From: Candidatus Dormiibacterota bacterium
GTDB lineage: Bacteria > Chloroflexota > Dormibacteria > Aeolococcales > Aeolococcaceae
Direction of reading: 5' to 3'
Assembly (NCBI GenBank): GCA_963713485.1
Contig: CAVQLW010000001.1
Span: forward strand, 15,834 to 79,833
DNA: 64,000 bases
The stretch's first letter is position 1; each line of letters opens with the position of its first letter. A program made the translations under genes and the position numbers. Positions 49,495 through 57,360 of the stretch are shown here, one piece after another. The notes under the pieces are model-generated. The model searched no databases and was not told the origin of the DNA. It was given only the letters and a program-made list of their open reading frames with translations.

Positions 49495-51243
49495 ATGTCT
49501 GCTGTTGTCATTGCCAGGGCCGACGACGAGATCGCGGATCTCATCGATCGGATTCGCTCGTCGGGCGACCCCGACGTCGGGCTTGTCGTGCCCGGTTCGA
49601 GCCAGGCGCTCAAGACGCCGCTGAACGTCCGCCTCCTTGCGCAGTTCAGCAACCAGTCAGGCCGGCGAACGGCCATCGTCAGCGAGGATCCGCGGGTGCA
49701 GGAGCTCGCCCGCGCGAGCGGTCTCCAGGTCTACGGGTCCGTGCCGGCGTACGAGCGCGGCATCGAGCTCGCCGCGCCCCGAGTGAGTACCTTCGGCCCG
49801 GTTCGCGGGGGAGGGCTCGGTGCCGCGGCCGGAGGATCGGCCGCCGCCGTGCTCGAGGCGCCGCCACCACCGCCGCCGGCACCGCCGCCACTGCATCCAC
49901 CGGTCGCGCCGACGCCGGCACCGCGCCTCGAACCGCGACGGATCATCACGCAGATGCCGCCCACACGCACGAGGCGGGGCTGGGATCGGCGCCGGTGGCT
50001 GTCCGTCGGCGGCGCGGCCGTCGCGATCATCGGGATCATCCTGTTCATGACGCTGAGCCCGTCGGCGAAGATCACGATCACGATCGACGCGACGGCGCTG
50101 TCGGTCAACTCGACGATTCAGGGTTCGACAAATGCGAGCGTCGACAACACGCCGGACCATGTGCTCACCGGTGTGGTGAACAGCACCGCAACGCAGACGT
50201 TTGAGGCAAGTCCGACCGGAACGCTGACCATCCCGGCCGCGGCGGCGAAGACGACCGTCACTTTCACCACCGAGCAACCCTGCGGGCTATCAGTTCTCGA
50301 TTCCGCCAGGGCAACGCGATCCAGAGCAGCGATGGCTCGGTCGACGTTCGAGGTGGCGAAGACCACCTTCATCTGCATCGGGCCGAACGGCAACCCTGCG
50401 ACAGCCGCGTCATGTGGCGGTGCGCAACCCAACGCGACCGCCGCCGTCGTCAACGCGAATACGGGCGCCGCCGGGAACGTCGCCGCGAACACGCTCGTCA
50501 ACTGGCCGAGCAACCCTTGTCCGCAGTCGGGATCCGCATTCACGTGCGTCGGACCGCCGGCGCACACCTACTACCCGATCAGCGTCACCAACAACGGCGC
50601 AGCCACGGGCGGGGTCGACGCCAGGCAGACCACGTCCGCCAGCGCCAGCGACGTCGCCAACTGGACCGCGCAGGTGCAGGAGATCGAGACCGTGCTCACC
50701 GGTCAGCTCAACTCGGACATGCAGGCCAAGGCGGCGGGGAAGACCTTCGCAGTGGATCCGGCCGGGAACGGCAAGACGATCTCGTTCGCCGTCACGCCCC
50801 CGCTCCCCGCGGCGGGGGCTCAGTTCGCGGCGGCTCAGATCACCGTCAGCTCGACTGCCGTTGCGGCCATCTACGACCCGGTGACCGTCCGCAATGCCGT
50901 GATCGCGGACCTCGACAAGCTCGTCAAGGCCGGCGACGAGCTCGCGCCGGGCAAGCTGAACACGCCGGCGTGCACGGTCACCCAGGCCAGCACGAACGGG
51001 ACGGTGGTCCTCTCGTGCTCCGCGACGGACTTCAGCCAGCCGACCGTGAATCTCAACACCCTCAAGGCAAAGCTCACCGGTCGCAATCCCGGAAGCGCGC
51101 AGAAGATCATCCAGGGGATCCTTCCCAAGGCCATGGGCGTGCAGGTCTCGGAATCACCGTTCAAGCTCTTCTACCTGCCGCTCTTCGCCTCCCGCATCGA
51201 GATCATCGAGAACTTCGTCGCGCCCGCGTCGAATTCGTCGTGA
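49495..51243 (+). CDS. Bitopic membrane protein: cytoplasmic N-domain, poly-Pro linker, one TM, ~390-aa Thr/Ala/Asn-rich Cys-containing ectodomain (possibly baseplate J/gp47-like)
   Basis: 582 aa. N-domain MSAVVIARADDEIADLIDRIRSSGDPDVGLVVPGSSQAL...TAIVSEDPRVQELARASGLQVYGSV. Linker APPPPPPAPPPLHPPVAPTPAP. Stop-transfer RTRRGWDRRRW plus TM LSVGGAAVAIIGIILFMTL. Ectodomain AKITITIDATALSVNSTIQG.... Stop overlaps the ruvX GTG. Confidence 0.7.
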   Translation: MSAVVIARADDEIADLIDRIRSSGDPDVGLVVPGSSQALKTPLNVRLLAQFSNQSGRRTAIVSEDPRVQELARASGLQVYGSVPAYERGIELAAPRVSTFGPVRGGGLGAAAGGSAAAVLEAPPPPPPAPPPLHPPVAPTPAPRLEPRRIITQMPPTRTRRGWDRRRWLSVGGAAVAIIGIILFMTLSPSAKITITIDATALSVNSTIQGSTNASVDNTPDHVLTGVVNSTATQTFEASPTGTLTIPAAAAKTTVTFTTEQPCGLSVLDSARATRSRAAMARSTFEVAKTTFICIGPNGNPATAASCGGAQPNATAAVVNANTGAAGNVAANTLVNWPSNPCPQSGSAFTCVGPPAHTYYPISVTNNGAATGGVDARQTTSASASDVANWTAQVQEIETVLTGQLNSDMQAKAAGKTFAVDPAGNGKTISFAVTPPLPAAGAQFAAAQITVSSTAVAAIYDPVTVRNAVIADLDKLVKAGDELAPGKLNTPACTVTQASTNGTVVLSCSATDFSQPTVNLNTLKAKLTGRNPGSAQKIIQGILPKAMGVQVSESPFKLFYLPLFASRIEIIENFVAPASNSS

Positions 51244-51698
51244 TCGGCGTCGGGCACGGCACCGGCCGCACCCGCGTCCTGGGCATCGATGTCGGGTCGG
51301 TGCGGGTCGGTCTCGCAGTCTCGGATGAGACGTGCACCGTCGCATCGCCGGTGTCAACGCTTCCCAACGATTCGCGCACCATCTGGGCGCGTCTCGAACG
51401 CGAGATGGAAGATCGCCAGGTGGAACGCGTGGTGATCGGCCTGCCGCGCCGGCTCGACGGCACCGAGGGTGCGGCGGCTGAGCAGGCGCGCCGATTCGCA
51501 TCCGACCTCCAGGTGCGAACCGCCGTGCCCGTCGAGCTCTGGGATGAGCGCTTCACGACCGTGATCGCCGAACGTTCCCTCATCGCGAGCGGCGTCCGTC
51601 GGCGGCGCCGTCGCGAGGTGATCGACGCCGTCGCCGCCGCGGTGCTGCTGCAGAGCTGGCTCAACTCCCGGCACATCGCCGCCATTCCGCGACGATGA
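51240..51698 (+). CDS. ruvX: Holliday junction resolvase-like protein RuvX/YqgF
   Basis: RVLGIDVGSVRVGLAVSD..., VVIGLPRRLDGTEG, DERFTT. Confidence 0.88.
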   Translation: MIGVGHGTGRTRVLGIDVGSVRVGLAVSDETCTVASPVSTLPNDSRTIWARLEREMEDRQVERVVIGLPRRLDGTEGAAAEQARRFASDLQVRTAVPVELWDERFTTVIAERSLIASGVRRRRRREVIDAVAAAVLLQSWLNSRHIAAIPRR

Positions 51699-52531
51699 CC
51701 GGATCGCAGCTCCGCCTGTGTCTCGTCGGCGCCGGGATCTCGCGCTCACCGAGCCCCGTCATGCACGAGGCGGCGATGCAGGCGTCCGGCATCGACGGCA
51801 CGTATGTGCTTCGCGACGTGCCGCCGTCGGAGCTCGACGGATTCGTCGGTGAGCTGCGCGAAGGACGCTACACCGGCTGCAACGTCACCGCCCCGTACAA
51901 GGCGCTCCTGGCGGCCGCCTGCGACTGCCTCGAAGGGGACGCGGACACGCTCGGCGTCGTGAACACGATCACCGTCCGCGGACGACGGCTGATCGGCTCG
52001 ACCACCGACGCCGACGGCTTCGAGCTGGCGCTGAGCAACGGAACCATGTGGCCTCGACAGGGGGCGACGGCGCTCGTGCTGGGAGCAGGCGGCGCCGCTG
52101 CGGCAGTCGCGCTGGCGCTGACCCGCGTACCGCTGCTGCGTCTGCGTATCGCGGCACGGCGTCCGGAGGCCGCCGCCAACCTCGCCGAGCGCCTGCACGG
52201 GTCAGGCGACATCGCGACGGTCGCGTGGGATCGCGATGCGATCGCGCGTGAGGGCTCCCATTCGGCGATCGTCGTCAACGCAACATCGGCGGGCCTCGAA
52301 TCGCTGCCGTTCGAACCACGCGCGCTGCCGAAGGCGTGCAGCGTCATCGACATCCGGTACGCGCCACGCCCCGTCGATATCGTCAGCGCGGCGTTGGAGT
52401 CCGGGCACCGCGCGAGCGACGGTCTCGAGATGCTGCTGCAGCAGGGGCTGTTGAGCTTCTCGGTCTGGACCGGCATCGCCGCGCCGGAGGGCGCTGTCAG
52501 GAACGCGCTGATGGCAGCGGTCGAGGCGTGA
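51695..52531 (+). CDS. aroE: Shikimate dehydrogenase
   Basis: SRSPSPVMHEAA, GCNVTAPYK, GVVNTI, LVLGAGGAAAAVALAL. ATGA overlap with ruvX. Confidence 0.9.
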   Translation: MTGSQLRLCLVGAGISRSPSPVMHEAAMQASGIDGTYVLRDVPPSELDGFVGELREGRYTGCNVTAPYKALLAAACDCLEGDADTLGVVNTITVRGRRLIGSTTDADGFELALSNGTMWPRQGATALVLGAGGAAAAVALALTRVPLLRLRIAARRPEAAANLAERLHGSGDIATVAWDRDAIAREGSHSAIVVNATSAGLESLPFEPRALPKACSVIDIRYAPRPVDIVSAALESGHRASDGLEMLLQQGLLSFSVWTGIAAPEGAVRNALMAAVEA

Positions 52532-53280
52532 ATCCACTCGATGTCGCCGGCATCACGATCGCCGGCGGCGTCATCGGGCTGGGCTCCGGCTGGCTCGCCG
52601 TCGCCCTCGAACGGTTCGAGAAGCTCGAGGAGGAGGAGCGCCAGGAACGGCTCGACTACGAGCGCGACGTCGCCGAGGATCGAGCGCGCGCCACCGACGC
52701 GGGCGAGGAGCCACCGGAGGTCCGGCCGTGGTCCGGCGAGCGTTACGGCTGGACGTGGCTGGAACGCTGGCTGTCACCCGCGCTCGGCGCGATCGGGTTC
52801 GGCGCCTTCGCGGCGCACGAGGCGTTCGGCACCGGTCTGCTCATCCACCTGCTGTGGATCGCGGTCTTCGTGCAGATCGTCAACTTCGACCTCAAGCACC
52901 GGCTCATCCTCAACGTCATCACGTACCCGAGCATCCTTGTTGCGGTGGTGCTCAGCGATTGGTCACCGGGCCTCACGCTGACGAGTTCCCTGATCGGCGC
53001 GATCGGTGTGGCGCTCTTCTTCCTCATCCAGAACCTCGTCTCGCGCGGGAGCATCGGGCTCGGTGACGCCAAGCTGGGCGCGCTCGTCGGTGCGGTGACC
53101 GGGGCCGGACCCACGGGCGCTCATCTCGGCGCGGTGTACGCGGTCATCGCGGGCGTGTTCATCGGCGGCGCGGCGGCACTCGCCCTCCTCGTGACTCGCG
53201 TGCGCAAGCTCAAAGACCCGATACCCTATGGTCCGTTCCTGTGTGCGGGTGCGGCCCTCATCCTGTATGTCGGCCCGTGA
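52528..53280 (+). CDS. A24 family prepilin-type aspartic peptidase with acidic cytoplasmic insert, no Cys-rich or methyltransferase N-domain
   Basis: First catalytic Asp context VNFDLKHRLILNVITYP. Second in GSIGLGDAKLGALVG. C-terminal IPYGPFLCAGA. GTGA overlap with aroE. Confidence 0.8.
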   Translation: MNPLDVAGITIAGGVIGLGSGWLAVALERFEKLEEEERQERLDYERDVAEDRARATDAGEEPPEVRPWSGERYGWTWLERWLSPALGAIGFGAFAAHEAFGTGLLIHLLWIAVFVQIVNFDLKHRLILNVITYPSILVAVVLSDWSPGLTLTSSLIGAIGVALFFLIQNLVSRGSIGLGDAKLGALVGAVTGAGPTGAHLGAVYAVIAGVFIGGAAALALLVTRVRKLKDPIPYGPFLCAGAALILYVGP

Positions 53281-53314
53281 CCCGCACGAGGCCATGGGTT
53301 TGCTGAGGTAAGAG

Positions 53315-53833
53315 ATGTCCACTCCGCTGATGCAGGGAGAGCGATCCATCGCGCTGGTCCGCCAGCACTGGTCGGTGGTCGCCGGCCGGGTCCTCGCCGC
53401 GATCGTGATCGTGGCGGTCGTGGTCGTCCTCAACGCCGTCATCCCGTCGAAGATCGGCAGCCTGTCGATCACGACCGTGAAGACGATCGTGGGGCTGGTG
53501 ATCATCGTGGTCGCAGCCGGTTGGGCGGGGCTCTGGGTGCTGCGCTGGCGGTTCATGACCTATCACCTCACCGACCGCCGCATCATCATGGAGGGCGGCA
53601 TCCTGTCCCGCATGGCGGAGACGATCCCGCTCGACCGCATCCAGAACACGGTGATCCACCGGCCCTTCGGCGACCGGCTCATCGGCGCCGGCGACATCGA
53701 GATCGAGTCGGCGGGACGCGACGGCCGCGAGATCCTGCACCGGATCCCGAAGGCCCAGGCGTTCTACAACGAGCTGCTCACCACCATCAACGCCCCCGCG
53801 GACGGCACTCAGACGCGACCCGGCGGTATGTGA
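53315..53833 (+). CDS. Bacterial PH-domain (YdbS/DUF304-like) membrane protein
   Basis: Two TM segments, then YHLTDRRIIMEGGILSRMAETIPLDRIQNTVIHRPFGDRLIGAGDIEIESAG. Confidence 0.7.
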   Translation: MSTPLMQGERSIALVRQHWSVVAGRVLAAIVIVAVVVVLNAVIPSKIGSLSITTVKTIVGLVIIVVAAGWAGLWVLRWRFMTYHLTDRRIIMEGGILSRMAETIPLDRIQNTVIHRPFGDRLIGAGDIEIESAGRDGREILHRIPKAQAFYNELLTTINAPADGTQTRPGGM

Positions 53834-53847
53834 TCTGCCCGGACGCG

Positions 53848-54048
53848 TCAGGCCGGCCGGTCCGGCCAGGCGCGACTGGCGAGCTGATGGACACGGCGGC
53901 GGGCTTCGGCGGCCTCGGGTTCGACACCTTCCTGGATGACCTCGCGATAGGCGAGGACCGCACCGATCGCGTCGCCGTGAGCCTCGAGGAGCCGTCCGAT
54001 CCGCAGGTGCTCGGCAGCGGCGGCTCTGACTCCGACGGCGTTGTTCAT
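53848..54048 (-). CDS. Small hypothetical protein (66 aa, helical)
   Basis: ATG 54048; MNNAVGVRAAAAEHLRIGRLLEAHGDAIGAVLAYREVIQEGVEPEAAEARRRV.... Weak support only: ORF plus position in a gap. Confidence 0.3.
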   Translation of the reverse strand: MNNAVGVRAAAAEHLRIGRLLEAHGDAIGAVLAYREVIQEGVEPEAAEARRRVHQLASRAWPDRPA

Positions 54049-54155
54049 CAGTTCGAAGTCTTCGCGGCGACGCGGGACCCGGCACGGACAAACCGGCGTC
54101 ACCCCGGGTGCCGCAACGGGGCGATAGCCCGGTCGCCCATACAATCGTTCGCCAG

Positions 54156-55313
54156 ATGCTTCGCTTCCTCACAGCCGGCGAATCGCACGGCCCACAGCTC
54201 ACCGTCATCGTCGAGGGCATCCCGGCGGGGCTCGCGCTCGACGCCGCGCGCGCCATCGATCCGGACCTGCACCGGCGCCAGGGCGGTCACGGTCGTGGCA
54301 AGCGTCAGCAGATCGAGCACGACACCGCCCGGATCGTCAGCGGCGTGCGCGGCGGCAAGACGCTCGGGTCGCCGGTCACGCTCGTCATCGAGAACCGCGA
54401 CTGGCAGAACTGGAAGGGCCCGATGCAGGTCGAGGGGCGAGGCTTCCGCTCCAAGCCCGTGACCCGGGTCCGTCCCGGCCACGCCGATCTCGCCGGCGTC
54501 CTCAAGTTCGGTTTCACCGACGCCCGTGACGTCCTCGAGCGCGCGAGCGCGCGGGAGACGGCCGCGCGGGTTGCCGCCGGCGCCGTGGCCAGATGCCTCC
54601 TCGGATCGATCGGCGTGGACGTCCATTCGTGTGTGATCCGCATCGGCGACGTGGCGGTCCCCGTGCCCGGTTGCGACACCGCGTGGGACGAGGTGGAGCG
54701 CTCGCCGGTTCGCTGCGCCGACGCGGATGCATCGGAACGGATGGTCGCCGCCATCGACGCGGCTCGGGAGGCGGGCGACACCCTCGGCGGCACGGCGTAC
54801 GTCGCCGCGTCGAATGTTCCTGCCGGACTTGGCAGTTACGTGCAGTGGGACCGGCGTCTTGACGGGCTGATCGCGCAGGCGATGTGCAGCATCCCCTCGG
54901 TGAAGGGGGTCGAGATCGGGGCCGCCGTGCTGGCGGCTCAATCGCCTGGATCGGCGGTGCACGACGAGCCGCGCTGGGATGCGGAGCACGGTTTCCATCA
55001 CCTCACCAACCGCCAGGGCGGCCTCGCGGGCGGCGTGAGCGACGGCGAACCGGTCTGGGCGCTCGTCCATTTCAAGCCGATCTCCACGCTGCTGCACCCG
55101 CTGCGCAGCGTCGACATCGGAACCGGGGAGGAGATCAACGCCCACTACGAGCGGAGCGACGTCTGCGTCGTGCCCGCAGGCGCCGTCGTCGCCGAGGCGA
55201 TGCTCGCGTGGGTGCTTGCCGCCGCGGCGGTCGAGAAGTTCGGCGGCGACAGCGTTGCCGATCTCCGGCGAGCGGCCGCGGCGCACCGGCGAGCCGTCCG
55301 CCGGCTTCGATGA
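54156..55313 (+). CDS. aroC: Chorismate synthase
   Basis: MLRFLTAGESHGPQL, RRQGGHGRG.RQ, RPGHADL, ERSDVCVVPAG. Confidence 0.95.
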   Translation: MLRFLTAGESHGPQLTVIVEGIPAGLALDAARAIDPDLHRRQGGHGRGKRQQIEHDTARIVSGVRGGKTLGSPVTLVIENRDWQNWKGPMQVEGRGFRSKPVTRVRPGHADLAGVLKFGFTDARDVLERASARETAARVAAGAVARCLLGSIGVDVHSCVIRIGDVAVPVPGCDTAWDEVERSPVRCADADASERMVAAIDAAREAGDTLGGTAYVAASNVPAGLGSYVQWDRRLDGLIAQAMCSIPSVKGVEIGAAVLAAQSPGSAVHDEPRWDAEHGFHHLTNRQGGLAGGVSDGEPVWALVHFKPISTLLHPLRSVDIGTGEEINAHYERSDVCVVPAGAVVAEAMLAWVLAAAAVEKFGGDSVADLRRAAAAHRRAVRRLR

Positions 55314-56902
55314 TCGGCATCACGCGGATCGCCCTGGTCGGACTGCCTGGATCCGGGAAGACCACGATCGCCCCGCTGCTTGCTGAACGGCTCGGCTGGA
55401 CGGCGGTCGACCTCGACGACGAGATCACCGCCGCAACCGGCCGCACACCGGCCGCGATCCTTGCTGAGGATGGCGAGCCCGCGTTCCGCGAGATCGAGTT
55501 CGCGACGATGCAGGAGGTGGTTCGACGCAGGGAGCCGATGGTCATCGCCTGTGGCGGCGGCCTCGTCACGTCGCCCTTCACCCACGGGTTGCTCGTGCAT
55601 CAGTGCTGCGTCGTCTGGCTCGATGCGCCCGACGTCGTCCTCGTGCAGCGTCTCGGTGATGCGGGGGACCGGCCGCTGCTCGAAGGGTCCGCGGTCACCG
55701 GCATTCCGCGTCTCCGCGCGAGCCGAGCCGGTGCGCACCAGGCGGTGGCCCATCTTCACGTTCCCTCCGACGACCCGCCGGACACGGTCGCTGCGCGCAT
55801 CGCCGCCGCCCTCGAGGGGGGAGTGCCCGTCAGCGTCGACAACGGCACGTATCACGTCGAGGTCCGACCGGGAGCGCTCGCCGATGTCGTGCTGCACATC
55901 CCCGCCGGCGCGTCGCGCGCCGCGGTGATCGCGGATCGCGCGGTCCGACTTGCGACCGAGCGCCTGGTCGCCTCCCTGCGCAGCACCGGGATCGCGACGA
56001 CGGTGCTGCCGGTGCCCGGCGGCGAGTCGATCAAGACCTGGGCGTCAGTGGGGCGCGTGCTCGGCCGCCTCGGGGCGGCGGGGCTGCAGCGCAACGACTG
56101 CATCGTGGCAGTTGGTGGCGGGACGGTCGGCGATCTCGCGGGGTTCGCCGCGGCGACGTATCTGCGCGGGATCGCGTGGGTCAACGTCCCGACGACGCTG
56201 CTCGCGATGGTCGACAGCGCCATCGGCGGAAAGACCGGGGTCAACCTCGCTCGTGGCAAGAACCTGGCGGGGGCGATCTGGCAACCGCGCGCGGTGATCT
56301 GCGATCCGGATCTGCTTGCGACCCAGGACGAGCGTTCGTATCGCTCTGCCTTCGCCGAGGTGGTGAAGTATTCGATGATCACCGATCCGCGGCAGACCGC
56401 CGAGCTCGATGCGCACCTCGACATGAAGACGAACGACCTGCTCTCCCGCGACACGGCGGCACTCACCGCAACCGTCCGGACGTGCGCTGCGCTCAAAGCG
56501 GAGGTGGTCGCGTTCGACGAGCGTGACACCGGGCGGCGCGCGGTCCTCAACTACGGGCACACGGTGGGCCACGCACTGGAAGCGGCGTCCGGCTTCGGCG
56601 CGCTCCTCCACGGTGAGGCCGTGGCCGTCGGCATGCGCGCAGCCGGGACCCTCAGTGTGCGCGAGCTGGGCTGTCCGGCTGATGCCATCGCATGGCAGGA
56701 CGAGACGCTCGGTCGGTTCGGACTCGGCGCCGCGGTCGAGTTCGATCCCGATCAGGTGCTCGAGCACATGGGCGCCGACAAGAAGACGATCGGCGACCGC
56801 CTCGGATGGGTGCTGCTGGAGGCCAAGGGCACCCCCCGTTGCGGCCAGCACGTGCCAGAACCCGCGGTGCGCGAAGCCCTCGACGGCGTGCTCGCGCGAT
56901 GA
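55310..56902 (+). CDS. aroKB: Bifunctional shikimate kinase / 3-dehydroquinate synthase (AroK-AroB fusion)
   Basis: N-terminal ALVGLPGSGKTTIAPLLAERLG...DLDDEI...GEPAFREIE. After ~170 aa, the AroB domain runs in the same frame with no stop: VAVGGGTVGDLAGFAAATYLRGI, VDSAIGGKTGVN, NYGHTVGHALE, LHGEAVAVGM. Confidence 0.9.
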   Translation: MIGITRIALVGLPGSGKTTIAPLLAERLGWTAVDLDDEITAATGRTPAAILAEDGEPAFREIEFATMQEVVRRREPMVIACGGGLVTSPFTHGLLVHQCCVVWLDAPDVVLVQRLGDAGDRPLLEGSAVTGIPRLRASRAGAHQAVAHLHVPSDDPPDTVAARIAAALEGGVPVSVDNGTYHVEVRPGALADVVLHIPAGASRAAVIADRAVRLATERLVASLRSTGIATTVLPVPGGESIKTWASVGRVLGRLGAAGLQRNDCIVAVGGGTVGDLAGFAAATYLRGIAWVNVPTTLLAMVDSAIGGKTGVNLARGKNLAGAIWQPRAVICDPDLLATQDERSYRSAFAEVVKYSMITDPRQTAELDAHLDMKTNDLLSRDTAALTATVRTCAALKAEVVAFDERDTGRRAVLNYGHTVGHALEAASGFGALLHGEAVAVGMRAAGTLSVRELGCPADAIAWQDETLGRFGLGAAVEFDPDQVLEHMGADKKTIGDRLGWVLLEAKGTPRCGQHVPEPAVREALDGVLAR

Positions 56903-57360
56903 GCCGGATCCTCCTCCTCAACGGTCCGAACCTCGCGAGCCTCGGTGAGCGCGAACCCGGGATCTACGGTTCCATCACGCTGAGCGAGATCGAGGAGGCT
57001 GTCCGAGCGCGCGCCGGGGAGCTCGGCCTCGAGGTCCGCTGCGAGCAGACCAATCACGAGGGTGCCATGGTCGACGTCCTCGAGGCGGAGCGAGGCCACA
57101 GCGCCGGTTGCATCGTCAATCCCGGCGGGCTCACCCACACGAGCGTCGTCCTGGCCGACGCGCTCCGAGCGTTCGGCGCCCCGGTCGTCGAGGTGCACCT
57201 GTCGAACATCCTGGCCCGCGAGGCATATCGCCGGGTCTCGCTCTCCGCCGAAGCCGCGGTCGCCGTGATCACCGGGCTCGGACTCCACGGCTACGTCCTC
57301 GCGGTCGAAGGACTGGCTAAGCTGCTGGAGGATCCGCCACCCACTGGGAGCACCGCATGA
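56899..57360 (+). CDS. aroQ: Type II 3-dehydroquinate dehydratase
   Basis: ILLLNGPNLASLGEREPGIYG, QTNHEGAMVD, IVNPGGLTHTSV, EVHLSNI.AREA.R. Confidence 0.93.
   Translation: MSRILLLNGPNLASLGEREPGIYGSITLSEIEEAVRARAGELGLEVRCEQTNHEGAMVDVLEAERGHSAGCIVNPGGLTHTSVVLADALRAFGAPVVEVHLSNILAREAYRRVSLSAEAAVAVITGLGLHGYVLAVEGLAKLLEDPPPTGSTA

Noticed and set aside
49850-49930. CCGCC-rich repetitive tract
   Set aside because: It encodes the poly-Pro linker (APPPPPPAPPPLHPPVAPTPAP) of the 582-aa membrane protein.
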